From a virus, in the IMG/VR virus record IMGVR_UViG_2563366553_000007: a stretch of DNA of 64,000 nucleotides, one strand, 5' to 3'. Under the pieces are notes generated by a model. That model had not been told where the DNA came from. It did no database searches and saw only the letters and a program-made list of their open reading frames with translations. This document shows positions 21,855 to 32,248 of this stretch, one piece after another. Numbering within the stretch: position 1 is the stretch's first letter; each line of letters starts with the position of its first letter. The translations under genes and the position numbers were made by a program.

Positions 21855-21875
21855 AAAAGAGAGGAAAATAAAAAT

Positions 21876-22700
21876 ATGAAAAACATTAATAAAGAATCTT
21901 TAGAGAGATACAAAAATTACATGGAAGAAAAGAAAGTTTTAAGTGGAACAGTAAGACTTGTTAAATTTAATGAAGAATTAAACTCTGACATCTTAATAAT
22001 AATTTTGGAAGATGGGGGAGAAGTAATAATAAAAAGAGAAGACATTGATATAAGACAAACAAAGCGTTCACTTACACCTTACTTATTTAAAAAAATAGAA
22101 TTTATAATAATTGATATAATTGAGAGTGGAGAAAATGAAGTTAAAATATTAGCTTCTCGTAAAGAAATAAAAGAAAAACATAAAGATCAATTAATTAAAA
22201 AATTAGAAGAAGGAGAAGAATTTGAAGCTAAGGTTGTACACTTAGAAAAATATGGGGCATACTTAGAGATTAATGAAATTGGAGTAACAATAAGAAATAC
22301 AGAGTTTTCAGACGATTATACAAATGTGTCTGATATATATAAAGTAAATGATGTTATTAAAGTTAAATTATTTAAAGTTAATAGCAATAAAAGAATATAT
22401 GTTGAAGCTGTAGAAAAATACAAAAGTAATGCCATAATTGACATGGATTCTTTCACAACTGGTTCTGTTGTTATTGGATCTGTTAGAACAATAAGAACAG
22501 ATGATTGTTTTGTGTGTATAGCTCCTAATTTAGATGTTCTATCTCCTATTCCAACTTTTTCAGATTATGAGTTAGTTGAAGGAGACAAAGTATCTTTACT
22601 TATAAAAAAAGTAGAAACTAAGCAAGATCCTAATTCTGAAAAACTTATTTATAGAATAAAGGGTAAAATTATAAGAATACTAACAGAAGATATTAAATAA
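21876..22700 (+). CDS. Hypothetical protein with S1/OB-like nucleic-acid-binding repeats
   Basis: The RBS is GAGAGGAAAATAAAAAT ATG. Two S1-like segments are present (EFEAKVVHLEKYGAYLEINEIGVTI, GSVVIGSVRTI). Confidence 0.45.
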   Translation: MKNINKESLERYKNYMEEKKVLSGTVRLVKFNEELNSDILIIILEDGGEVIIKREDIDIRQTKRSLTPYLFKKIEFIIIDIIESGENEVKILASRKEIKEKHKDQLIKKLEEGEEFEAKVVHLEKYGAYLEINEIGVTIRNTEFSDDYTNVSDIYKVNDVIKVKLFKVNSNKRIYVEAVEKYKSNAIIDMDSFTTGSVVIGSVRTIRTDDCFVCIAPNLDVLSPIPTFSDYELVEGDKVSLLIKKVETKQDPNSEKLIYRIKGKIIRILTEDIK

Positions 22701-22721
22701 TAATATAACTTCAATTCTTTA

Positions 22722-22754
22722 ATTAAAAGGCAGGTTCGAGCCTGCCTTTTAATT
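22722..22754. terminator. Strong rho-independent terminator
   Basis: AAAAGGCAGGTTCGAGCCTGCCTTTT is an 8-bp GC-rich stem followed by T-runs. Confidence 0.65.
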
Positions 22755-22792
22755 AATAATTTTTTTATTATAATGAAAGGAATAGTAATTTT

Positions 22793-23746
22793 ATGTATAT
22801 AAAAGATTCTAATATCTATAAGTCTATACCAGAAGGTTATAAACAAATTTTTCAAAATAAATTTAGAAATAATATTTCTAAACATCAGGTCTTAAATTTA
22901 GTTACAGATAAAAAATTATCTAACCGAGATATTACTATCGCTGAATTTTTATTTAATTTTAAATTTGCTACAGCTAATAACATATATGATTTTTTAAAAA
23001 TCAATAACATCCTTACTTTAAAGAAGTATAAAGAAGGAGAAGAAGAAAAAGAAACTTCTTTTATAAGTATAAAATCAAGGCTTGATAAACTTGTTCAATA
23101 TGGCATTTTAAATAAATTTACTCTTTCAAAGATAGATGAGTTAAAGAACGAAGCTGATGCACTTAATATATATTGTTTGGATTTAGGAGGAAAATTTTTA
23201 TTAACAAATTACTCAAATCAGGATACTGTGAATTGGCAAACATCTATAAATTTAAATTCATCTGAAAATGTAGGGAAGGAACTATTTATAACTAATTTTT
23301 ATTTAAAATTATTAGATGTATGTAATGTGGTTTACTTTGAAACACACCCACTTAGAAAAGCAGATAAGATAAATCTTTCGCCAAGTTTTGAATTTGCTAT
23401 TGAAAGTAATGGAGTTAAAAACTATTTTATAGGAGAGGTTACTCGCCAGTTTGATATCCCTATTCTTTTTTCTAAGAGAATAGATAAACTTGACAGACTT
23501 CTTAGCACAAATTCCTGGAAAAAATATTATCTTGATAGCCAAGTAGTTCCTACATTGTTTATTTTTACAGAAACAGATGAATTAGCAGTCGATGCATCTA
23601 AATTAGTTTTTAATACAACTAATTTAGAAAAAGTCAGATTTGGGACTGATGAGAGAATTTTTAATAATTTATCTACAGGCTTTCTAAAATATATGCCAGA
23701 ACACAAGAAACTTAAAATAATTAAATTAAAATACTTCGAAAAATAG
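22793..23746 (+). CDS. Hypothetical protein (possible winged-helix DNA-binding)
   Basis: The ORF is 317 aa. No catalytic motif was found. Confidence 0.45.
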   Translation: MYIKDSNIYKSIPEGYKQIFQNKFRNNISKHQVLNLVTDKKLSNRDITIAEFLFNFKFATANNIYDFLKINNILTLKKYKEGEEEKETSFISIKSRLDKLVQYGILNKFTLSKIDELKNEADALNIYCLDLGGKFLLTNYSNQDTVNWQTSINLNSSENVGKELFITNFYLKLLDVCNVVYFETHPLRKADKINLSPSFEFAIESNGVKNYFIGEVTRQFDIPILFSKRIDKLDRLLSTNSWKKYYLDSQVVPTLFIFTETDELAVDASKLVFNTTNLEKVRFGTDERIFNNLSTGFLKYMPEHKKLKIIKLKYFEK

Positions 23747-23776
23747 TAGAACAATATTGTTCTACTATTTTTTTAG
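23742..23776. terminator. Bidirectional terminator
   Basis: The hairpin TAGTAGAACAATATTGTTCTACTA is followed by TTTTTTT. Confidence 0.55.
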
Positions 23777-24162
23777 AATAAAAAGAATAACAAATAATAA
23801 ATTACAGCACCTCCACTTATCATAGAAAAACATATAAGAGATATAAACATATTGCTTAAAACAATTTTTCTCTCTTGAGGATTTCCTCCAACCATTCCTA
23901 ATTTAATAAGATGTATTAATAAAATAGCTAAACTTAAAAATATGCAAACTCCAATAAAAACATTAAAGTAAAAACTATATGTAGACTGTACTTTTTTTAA
24001 ACTCTCTAAAAAGCCTGCATCAGTTGAAGCTTTTATTTTTATGTTTTCTTCATCAACTGAAAAAGCATCTATTCTAATAATATTTAATAATAAAATAGGC
24101 AAGAATATTAAACTATTTATTTTAAATATTATTTTTTTTTGTAAATTTTTTATTTTTTTCAC
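23773..24162 (-). CDS. Small membrane protein
   Basis: It has three hydrophobic segments. Confidence 0.4.
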   Translation of the reverse strand: MKKIKNLQKKIIFKINSLIFLPILLLNIIRIDAFSVDEENIKIKASTDAGFLESLKKVQSTYSFYFNVFIGVCIFLSLAILLIHLIKLGMVGGNPQERKIVLSNMFISLICFSMISGGAVIYYLLFFLF

Positions 24163-24276
24163 TTCCTTTATTAAATAATTTTAAATTTTATAATATTTTA
24201 TTTTTTTATACTTTTTTTCATATTATTAAATGTAATTTCTATTTATTTTTTTACATTTAATAATATTTTATAATTT

Positions 24277-24930
24277 TTATAAAAAAATATATAAATACGC
24301 AATAGCTAAACATATAATAGAAACTAATAAATCGTGTTTACTGGTTTTTAATTTAAAAATTCTAAATTTCTTATTTGAAATAGGATAAAATATTGGTATA
24401 CCAGAAACTGTAATAAAATCTAATAATAGATGGCTAATCCATCCTATAAAAATCCCAACTATTAAAGAAATGTAATAAATTTGATAGTTTATATTAACTT
24501 TGTTTATTAATAGAAATAATACTAACATAGAAGCTATTAAAAGGATAGGAGAATGAATAAATCCTCTATGTCCAAATCTACTATTTAAGAGGCTTGAGAG
24601 GAGTTTACATTTACTTCCTAAGCTACTATTAGGATGATCTATATCTGGAAACAATGAACCTGCTATTGAGCCAAATATTATTATAAAAGTTAAGTAGTAT
24701 TGTTCTATATAAGAATAATCTAAATGTATTTTTTTAAATAAAAAAAATAGTCCTAATATAAAAATAAATTAAAAGGTATTTTTCTTATTACATATGGAGA
24801 AGTAATAGTTATAACGCCTATAGTAACAATAGAAAATAACATATTTTGACTATATTGATATTTTAATAAATAATCTGCAGTTATAACCCCTATACACATC
24901 CCAGCAATTTTATGTGTTTTGCCCTGCAAT
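24277..24930 (-). pseudogene. YdjM/DUF457-like membrane-bound metal-dependent hydrolase, frameshifted at an A8/T8 run (about 24727-24745)
   Basis: The upstream piece (24930->24780) encodes LQGKTHKIAGMCIGVITADYLL..., the family N-terminus. The downstream ORF 24277..24654 carries FGHRGFIHS. The two frames join only by a +/-1 shift in a homopolymer. Confidence 0.5.
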
Positions 24931-25101
24931 ATCTTTTCTCCTTTCTAATTATTTATATATTATAGATTTCTGTTTATTTTATATAATTATTTAATAGGTA
25001 GATGTAATATTTTTTATCATATAGAAAATATTTTTATTTAATTATAGAAGTGTATATTATATAAAATAAGCTACGACAAATAAGATAAATAGGAGAGTTA
25101 A

Positions 25102-26286
25102 ATGGAAAATTTACAAAATGATAATAAAAACACAAATTTAATAATTGGCACTAATAATAATAATGATATTTTTATTTCACAAAAAAATAGATATTTAAAT
25201 ATGATTGTACTGGGTAAAAAGGGAACAGGTAAGACTTCTAAAGTCTTACCTACATTAGCTTCACAGGACTTACAAAACAAAAATATAGGCATGACTCTGA
25301 TAGTAACCAAAAAAGAAATGGCTTATACTTTAAATGCTTTAGCTAAAGAATTCGATAGAGAAGTAGTATTTCTAAAGGTAAGTACTAATATAGAAATATT
25401 AAACCACTTTTTATTTATGGAAAAATATGATTATGATTATGTAAATGAAAATATTATAAATTATAAAGAGGCTATTAAAAAGAAAAAAATTGTAATTATT
25501 GACATGGAAGTAGCAAAATATAAATATAATGCAATAAATGCTGTTAAAATGTTACTATTACAACTAACCTTAGATATACAAGAAACAGATATAACAAAAA
25601 GGAATCCTCATTTTATATATATAGATGATTCTTTTTACTATTTAGACTCACTTGAATATTTATTAAATTATTCAGATGATTATAATATAAGCTTAATTTT
25701 ATTCTTTCAATCAAGAAACCAATTTTTACTTAATGATAAAGATTATACTGCTTTATTAGATAATAATATAAGAACAACAATACTTCTTAATGCTTTAAAT
25801 GTAGAAGACGTGGAATACTATCAAAAAAGAATATATGAGAAAAAAAATCCATCTGATTTTTGGCAACAACATTTAAATTTTTTTCTTTATGAGTCTTTAA
25901 ATGCTACTGGTAAAAGAATTGTAGGATCTGGGCAATTTAAATTCCTTGATAAAGAGTTTATCGAAAATCTTGAAAAGAAATCTAAGAGATTGAGAAATAA
26001 GTTAATAAAAAATACTAAAGATGAATATAAAAACAAAAATATGATTAAAGATTTTAGTTATTTAGAAGGTGAACCTACACCAGTAGACCCTCGCTTAATC
26101 TTTGAGGAAAATATCACTGACAATAATAACGAGCTCGATATTTTAATTAAATCTGAAAATAGTCACAAGCAAAATTCTCTGGGTGAAATGGAAAAAGAAA
26201 AAAAGAGAAAAATATCTTCTATCTTGTTTAATAAAGAATCTGAAAACATAAGTTATGTAAATAATAATTTTGATTATAAATTCTAA
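25102..26286 (+). CDS. VirD4/TraG-like ATPase paralogue lacking TM segments, with a degenerate Walker B
   Basis: MIVLGKKGTGKTSKVLPTLASQDLQNKNIGMTLIV is co-linear with LILGPTGCGKTSQTIIPMINQDLQNKEIGVTVL of the 28689 gene. The Walker B-like segment is FIYIDDSFYY. Confidence 0.55.
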   Translation: MENLQNDNKNTNLIIGTNNNNDIFISQKNRYLNMIVLGKKGTGKTSKVLPTLASQDLQNKNIGMTLIVTKKEMAYTLNALAKEFDREVVFLKVSTNIEILNHFLFMEKYDYDYVNENIINYKEAIKKKKIVIIDMEVAKYKYNAINAVKMLLLQLTLDIQETDITKRNPHFIYIDDSFYYLDSLEYLLNYSDDYNISLILFFQSRNQFLLNDKDYTALLDNNIRTTILLNALNVEDVEYYQKRIYEKKNPSDFWQQHLNFFLYESLNATGKRIVGSGQFKFLDKEFIENLEKKSKRLRNKLIKNTKDEYKNKNMIKDFSYLEGEPTPVDPRLIFEENITDNNNELDILIKSENSHKQNSLGEMEKEKKRKISSILFNKESENISYVNNNFDYKF

Positions 26287-26289
26287 ATA

Positions 26290-26333
26290 AAAGATAATGA
26301 GGGATCATAAATAGCCCCCTCATTATCTTTTAT
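26290..26333. terminator. Bidirectional terminator
   Basis: The hairpin is AAGATAATGAGGG...CCCCCTCATTATCTT. Confidence 0.55.
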
Positions 26334-27213
26334 TTAATAAATTATTAATATTTCTATTAACCTCATCATTTTTTAAGATTTTTAAATATAGCTTTACTAC
26401 AGAAACCATTTCTTCTATAATATAGTCTAAAAATCTACTTTCTACTGCTAATTTTGGATATTCATTAGTAACTAAATATTTAATTACTCCAGCAATGGTA
26501 GATTTATATTCATAAAGAAGATACTTTTCTTGTTTCTCTATGCTTAATGGATTTTTAACTAAATAAGAAGATTTTGAATTAAAATCATACATTTTTTTTA
26601 CTATAGATTTTTTACACACATTTAAATAATTATCTTTAAACACCGTAAAATCAAACCTATTTTCTAACTTCTCCTTATAGGTAAACATCATATTAATAAA
26701 CTCGCATTCTAAATCTTTTTCATAGCTCATATTAAAATTAACCCAAAATTTTTTATTTTTTAATTTCATATCTAACGCATTAATAAAAGATAAAAAATCA
26801 ATTGAAGTGCAATTTTTTTCTATAGATAATTTATATGAAACTACAATATCTTTGGCCATATCTTGAGAAAAACCTAATAACATCAATTTTAGAATAAAGT
26901 AATTAAAAATAATTTTTTCTTCAGAAGAAGTAAGTTTATTATTGATTACAAAAGTTGTTTCAAACTCCTTAATCCAAGACATATCTTCATGAGCCAATTC
27001 TGTACCTATTTCATTTTTAAATACTTTGTTGACTATAGCATTTACATCTTTAGCTTTTATCTTATAATTACTATCTATATTGTCTATATTACCACTATAA
27101 TTTTCAAATACTAAATTTTGGAGATTAAGCTTTTTACATGATAATTTTAATTCTTTATTTGGACAATATAAAATATCTAAATCAAAGGTTAAAAAGTATT
27201 CACTTTCATACAT
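26323..27213 (-). CDS. Hypothetical protein
   Basis: The ORF is 296 aa. Confidence 0.4.
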   Translation of the reverse strand: MYESEYFLTFDLDILYCPNKELKLSCKKLNLQNLVFENYSGNIDNIDSNYKIKAKDVNAIVNKVFKNEIGTELAHEDMSWIKEFETTFVINNKLTSSEEKIIFNYFILKLMLLGFSQDMAKDIVVSYKLSIEKNCTSIDFLSFINALDMKLKNKKFWVNFNMSYEKDLECEFINMMFTYKEKLENRFDFTVFKDNYLNVCKKSIVKKMYDFNSKSSYLVKNPLSIEKQEKYLLYEYKSTIAGVIKYLVTNEYPKLAVESRFLDYIIEEMVSVVKLYLKILKNDEVNRNINNLLNKR

Positions 27214-27238
27214 TTGTAAAAGCTCCTTTCTCTTTTTA

Positions 27239-27565
27239 TTAAAAAATCAAATCTTCCTTATTCTCGTTGTAATCATTAACATTGTTAATTTCATTAATTA
27301 TTTCAGTTGGCAATAATTTTTCCAATTCATTATATTTTTTACTAAAATCCTCTTTTAATGTTACTATCTCTTCTTTTACCTTTTGTGGATTAACCCCAAG
27401 GTTTTCTATTTCTTTTTTACATTTTTCATAAGAGTTCCTTAAGCTATTTAATTCTGCTTCACATTTGATTAAAGCCTTCCCTCCATCACTAATTATTTTT
27501 TCAAGAGTAGGAAGCTCCTTAACCATTGCTTCATAATTTAATTTCTTTTCTTTCATAAAAAACAC
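27239..27565 (-). CDS. Small coiled-coil protein
   Basis: It is 108 aa with heptad-like charged repeats. Confidence 0.4.
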   Translation of the reverse strand: MFFMKEKKLNYEAMVKELPTLEKIISDGGKALIKCEAELNSLRNSYEKCKKEIENLGVNPQKVKEEIVTLKEDFSKKYNELEKLLPTEIINEINNVNDYNENKEDLIF

Positions 27566-27690
27566 ATCCTTTTGTACATTTTTTTTATTAAAACACTTTT
27601 TTGGTACTATAATATAGTATTTAGTTTTATAAATTATAAGAAAATATGTATATATATTATTAAGATATAAATAAAAAGGGGATTAAAGAT

Positions 27691-28551
27691 ATGTTAAATA
27701 AAAAATATAAATTAAAAATAATATTATTTAGTACTGCATTTGTTTTATTTGGGCTTATATCAAGTATTTCTGTTTATAACCAAATAAACAACAATCATAA
27801 TAATAACAAGGGAGAAACTCAAAAAAAAATAGACACAGATATACAAAAAGAATTAAATAAAAACAACTTGTCTCCCGAAGAAAAAAGTAAAATGAATGAA
27901 AGGGAGAAACTATTAAAAACTTATGGAGAAAATGCCAACAAAATAATAAATAGTGTTAAATTAGGTGAAGATAATAATAGAGAGTTTCCAAAAGAAGATA
28001 CTAATAAACTATATAATAATTTAATAAAATTAGCTCAAAATGCTAACTATGATAAGGTTTTAGATAGAGTTGATAAAGAATTAGAAACATATAAATTTAA
28101 AGAAGAGTATAATTGGAAAATAGGAAATGTCTACAGTGATGCAAATATTATGCTATCTACTCTTACAGCACCTATACAGGGTAAGGGATATATGGTCAAA
28201 AATTTAAAAGACCCGAACATGCTTTTAATTGGAACACTTATGATTCCTGAAGAATCCAGAAGGGATGTTATTTTAGAAAAAACAAGTTTATCTCCTATTT
28301 TTGATGGACCTGTTACAATTTTATCTTCAGAAACTTTAGATACTAAAGATAGTGTCTACGCTGAAATTTCAACAAAAATTGAACATTTTAAAGATATATA
28401 TAAAATAAATTTTAAGATTGAAAATTTTCTATTATACGCTTATATAATAGACTCTGGAGAAGAAAATCCGTTATTTTATAAGATAGTTAATGATGAGTGT
28501 AATGAGACACCTTATAAAGACATTAATTATTGGATATCTTTGAATAATTAA
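27691..28551 (+). CDS. Secreted hypothetical protein
   Basis: The N-terminal signal peptide is KIILFSTAFVLFGLISSISVY. Confidence 0.5.
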   Translation: MLNKKYKLKIILFSTAFVLFGLISSISVYNQINNNHNNNKGETQKKIDTDIQKELNKNNLSPEEKSKMNEREKLLKTYGENANKIINSVKLGEDNNREFPKEDTNKLYNNLIKLAQNANYDKVLDRVDKELETYKFKEEYNWKIGNVYSDANIMLSTLTAPIQGKGYMVKNLKDPNMLLIGTLMIPEESRRDVILEKTSLSPIFDGPVTILSSETLDTKDSVYAEISTKIEHFKDIYKINFKIENFLLYAYIIDSGEENPLFYKIVNDECNETPYKDINYWISLNN

Positions 28552-28589
28552 TAACATATACATTAAATAATGACAAGTTATACTTTTTT

Positions 28590-28628
28590 TTAAAGCTTAC
28601 TATAACAATAATAGTAAGCTTTTTCTTA
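28590..28628 (+). terminator. Rho-independent terminator
   Basis: The hairpin is AAAGCTTACTATAACAATAATAGTAAGCTTT. Confidence 0.55.
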
Positions 28629-28688
28629 TGTATTTTTTATATTTTGCTTGCTAATATTACGAAAGGACATGTCATAATTTTAAATTAA

Positions 28689-30758
28689 ATGAAAAAAGAT
28701 GATATTTTAGAAATTCTTAAAGATAAATTTTCTATTATTATAGCTGGTTTATCTTTTGCTGAGATTTTTTTATTGTTAATACAATTATGTTTTAGAAAAA
28801 GTAGCATTATACTATGTTTATTTGTTAGCTTTTCCAGTATTGCATATTATTTGGCTTTTAAAGATGTTAAAGTCTTTAAACTAAAGAATATAGTATTTAG
28901 TTTTTTTATATTTTTAGGAATGTTATTAATTATAAACCATAGTTTAATCAGTTTTTTAAATTCAACTAATGTTGAATTCCAAAAACTGATTATGGTTTTT
29001 ATCTATTTGTTAAATTTTATTTATCTATGTATTATTATAGGGTTATCATCTCAAGAAAGTTTTAGAGAGACTATATCTCAAATAAATAACATTAATTTTA
29101 CTTCTAAACTGTTTAAACCAGAAGAAGAAAAAATAAGACCTGGAGATGTTATTTTAGGCAAGAAAATTGAGTCTATCAATGGAGAAGCTGGAGAAACACT
29201 TGATACACCTGTCTTTATACCATTAAAAGATAGATTCTTACATATGTTAATACTTGGACCTACTGGTTGTGGTAAAACATCTCAGACTATAATTCCTATG
29301 ATAAATCAAGATTTACAGAATAAAGAAATAGGAGTTACTGTACTTGAACCAAAAAGCGATCTTGCAGAAAAAGTATACCAAATGGCAAAGATCCATAATA
29401 GAGAAGTAATTTATTTTAATCCTTTACTTGCAGACTGCCCTTATTTTAACCCATTATTCGGGCATGAAAGTGAAGTTATAGAGAATATGGCTACTACCTT
29501 TAACATGTTGAACCCAGACTCTCCACAATTTTTTAAAGATATGTCAGATGGTCTTATTAGAAAATCTGTTAAATTGTTAAAAAGATTATATGGGGATGAT
29601 GCGACTTTAATTGATTTAAATGATCTTGTTTGGAACTCAAATGGAATTGGTAAAAAAATAGTAAATGAGTTTTCAAAGTTACCTGTAAAAAATCCTTTAC
29701 AACAAAAAGAAAATGAAGAAATAGCTATTTGGTTTTTAACTGATTATTATTCAGGCATGACAGGCGATAGAAAAGGAACAAAGACCTATGAGCATTGTTC
29801 TGGTGTTAGAACACAAATATCTAAATTAGTATCTAATGAGTATCTTAGAAAAGCTTTAAATCCACCAAGAGGTCATGGAACAGACATTGATTTTGATAAA
29901 GCTCTTGAAGAGGGCTTGGTTATAACTATGACAACGACACAAGGTTCTTTAAGAGATTTAGGTAAATTTCTTGGGTATTTTATAATATTACAATTACAAT
30001 CAAGTGTTTTTCGTAGACCTGGTGATGAAGATAGTAGAAGAGAAAACATGCTTTATATTGATGAGTTCCAAGTTTACGCAAATCAAGGATTTGGAGAAAT
30101 GTTGACACAAGGACGTTCTTATAGAGTAGCATCCCATTTGGCTACACAAGCAAGAGATCAAATGAGTGTAGGTAGAGAAGGGGATAGTTTCCTTGAATTA
30201 GTTTCTGCAAATGCAAGAAATAAAATCATTTATCCAGGTATAAGTATAACTGATGCAAAATATTATTCTGAAGAATTTGGAGAAGAATTAAGAACTACTA
30301 TAGGAAAATCTTATTCAAAAGACCGTTATTTTTCTTCGTTTTCAGATGAAAAAATGACAACAAAAGTAGATGAAAGATATGAACCAAGATTTTCTCCAAG
30401 TAATTTGATATATCGAGATTTTGGTCAAATTACACATTGTTTAGTTAAAAATAATACTGTTCAAATTCCAGCGCTTGCTCAAATAGAATATATACCAAAT
30501 GATTTGAATGAAAAGATAAAAAAAATGGTAAAAGAATATAATGAAGAACAAATTAAACGAAATAAAGAATATGCAACGGAATATTCTAAAAGTGTTGCTT
30601 GTAACCATTTTCCAAATAAAGATATTCTATACGTTGTAAAAAAAGATGATATAATAGAAGACAAAGAAGAATCTTTTGAATTAGAGGAGAATATAAATGA
30701 TAATAGAAATTCAATAAGTATTGATATTGATGTTGAAGATGAATATGATGATATATAA
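28689..30758 (+). CDS. Type IV coupling protein-like ATPase (VirD4/TraG/TcpA family)
   Basis: There is an N-terminal multi-TM region of about 130 aa. Walker A is GPTGCGKTS and Walker B is MLYIDEFQVY. The conserved RSYRVASHLATQARDQ segment is present, followed by an acidic C-terminal tail. Confidence 0.7.
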   Translation: MKKDDILEILKDKFSIIIAGLSFAEIFLLLIQLCFRKSSIILCLFVSFSSIAYYLAFKDVKVFKLKNIVFSFFIFLGMLLIINHSLISFLNSTNVEFQKLIMVFIYLLNFIYLCIIIGLSSQESFRETISQINNINFTSKLFKPEEEKIRPGDVILGKKIESINGEAGETLDTPVFIPLKDRFLHMLILGPTGCGKTSQTIIPMINQDLQNKEIGVTVLEPKSDLAEKVYQMAKIHNREVIYFNPLLADCPYFNPLFGHESEVIENMATTFNMLNPDSPQFFKDMSDGLIRKSVKLLKRLYGDDATLIDLNDLVWNSNGIGKKIVNEFSKLPVKNPLQQKENEEIAIWFLTDYYSGMTGDRKGTKTYEHCSGVRTQISKLVSNEYLRKALNPPRGHGTDIDFDKALEEGLVITMTTTQGSLRDLGKFLGYFIILQLQSSVFRRPGDEDSRRENMLYIDEFQVYANQGFGEMLTQGRSYRVASHLATQARDQMSVGREGDSFLELVSANARNKIIYPGISITDAKYYSEEFGEELRTTIGKSYSKDRYFSSFSDEKMTTKVDERYEPRFSPSNLIYRDFGQITHCLVKNNTVQIPALAQIEYIPNDLNEKIKKMVKEYNEEQIKRNKEYATEYSKSVACNHFPNKDILYVVKKDDIIEDKEESFELEENINDNRNSISIDIDVEDEYDDI

Positions 30759-31004
30759 AAAATAAAAGATATTTATTATACATAAATTAAAACAGATTTT
30801 AAAACATTAATTAGAGATTATGAATAATAGCTTTATTATAGCATTTGCAATATATCTAATAAAATATAAAATATATTATTTAGACTATGTTAATAATAAT
30901 TAGGTATTTTGTAGATAAATTTTATTTTTTTTATAATTAAAAAAATTATTATGTTAATAAAAAAACTTTCTTTTTGTTAAAAAAGTGGATAAAAATTTTA
31001 TCAA

Positions 31005-31066
31005 AAAAAAGACACAGGTAGTAGAAAAATTGTTTTTTTCTAAAAAACCTGTGTCTTTTTAAAAAT
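31005..31066. terminator. Large-loop hairpin between convergent genes
   Basis: AAAAGACACAGGT ... ACCTGTGTCTTTT. Confidence 0.4.
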
Positions 31067-31126
31067 TTGCATCACAAATTAGAATTAGCAATATTTTACT
31101 AATCCACATTTATGATATTATTTTAA

Positions 31127-32182
31127 TTAATAAAAACTACCAAAGGTTATTAATTTCTTTTCAATAAAATTTCTTAAAAATCCAGCTGGATTTTTAATTT
31201 TATTTATGTTTATATCTTCATTATATATAGTATTTTTAAACATATGATCTAAACCTAAATAAACTTTTCTAACTCCAAATTCTAAGCTTAAACAAGCCAA
31301 GTCATTTATAATTAAAGCTTTTTCTCCTTCCAATTTTCGTAAGTCTTCATTGGAAGGATTGTTTTGTAAAAGTAGTTTAGAATGATTATAACTATAAGAA
31401 TAATTGTTTTGCTCAAATAAATTCCTAATCTTTTCACTTACTTTAAATACAAATTTTTTATTAAATTCAGATTTAGATTCATAATTTTTTGTTTCTAAGC
31501 TATCTCCAACCATTTTAAATTTTGTGTTTTTGCTACTTAAAATATCAAAAATAAATTTATCTGATTTTTTTATATATAAAGGTAGTACATCTACTAATTT
31601 ATCTTTACTAAATCTAATTTTTTTACCCTTTGCTTTACAAGCATCTATCCATAGAAGCTTTTTTAGTTCAAGTTTTAATTCATTCACATTTTTTAAATTT
31701 ATTAAATGTACTAAGTGATTAAGTGTTAAAGTTATATAACCACTACCACCCTTTTCTTTTTTATAATGATTTTTATATTCATCTGCAATTACAATATCAA
31801 ATCTACCATAATTAGAAGATGGCGTAAAATAAGCAAGTCCTAAATAAGAAAGTGTTTTTTGGTTGTTTCTCGCAGTAACTATAGATATGTTACATAATTT
31901 AGCAATATCTTGATAAGAAATGTTTTTTCTAACAAAACAATCATTTGCAAAAGGCAAAAAATGATATAATAAATATTGTTTTATTAAAGACTTATTTGAA
32001 GAAATAATTTTTGTATAATTATTCTTTGTTAATCCTAATTCTTTTTCAAGTTTAGAAAGTCCATTATCATTTATTTTAATTACATCTATTTTCTTTTTAA
32101 AGACAGATATAATCTCTTTTAGTTTTGATTTAGAGATTCTTGCATTCGCTTTTAATTCATCAAACATATATTTATTATACAT
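31127..32182 (-). CDS. Hypothetical HTH protein, candidate replication initiator adjacent to the iteron array
   Basis: The HTH-like segment is YQDIAKLCNISIVTARNNQKTLSYLGL. The gene starts about 70 bp from the first iteron box. Confidence 0.4.
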   Translation of the reverse strand: MYNKYMFDELKANARISKSKLKEIISVFKKKIDVIKINDNGLSKLEKELGLTKNNYTKIISSNKSLIKQYLLYHFLPFANDCFVRKNISYQDIAKLCNISIVTARNNQKTLSYLGLAYFTPSSNYGRFDIVIADEYKNHYKKEKGGSGYITLTLNHLVHLINLKNVNELKLELKKLLWIDACKAKGKKIRFSKDKLVDVLPLYIKKSDKFIFDILSSKNTKFKMVGDSLETKNYESKSEFNKKFVFKVSEKIRNLFEQNNYSYSYNHSKLLLQNNPSNEDLRKLEGEKALIINDLACLSLEFGVRKVYLGLDHMFKNTIYNEDININKIKNPAGFLRNFIEKKLITFGSFY

Positions 32183-32248
32183 TTTTTACCTCCTTTCTTA
32201 TATTTTTTACATTTTATAAAACGTATTTTACAAAAGATATATGAAAAA

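Noticed and set aside
22722-22754. A tRNA T-arm-like GGTTCGAGCC
   Set aside because: The sequence is just the loop of a perfect terminator hairpin, AAAAGGCAGGTTCGAGCCTGCCTTTT. There is no acceptor, D or anticodon arm.
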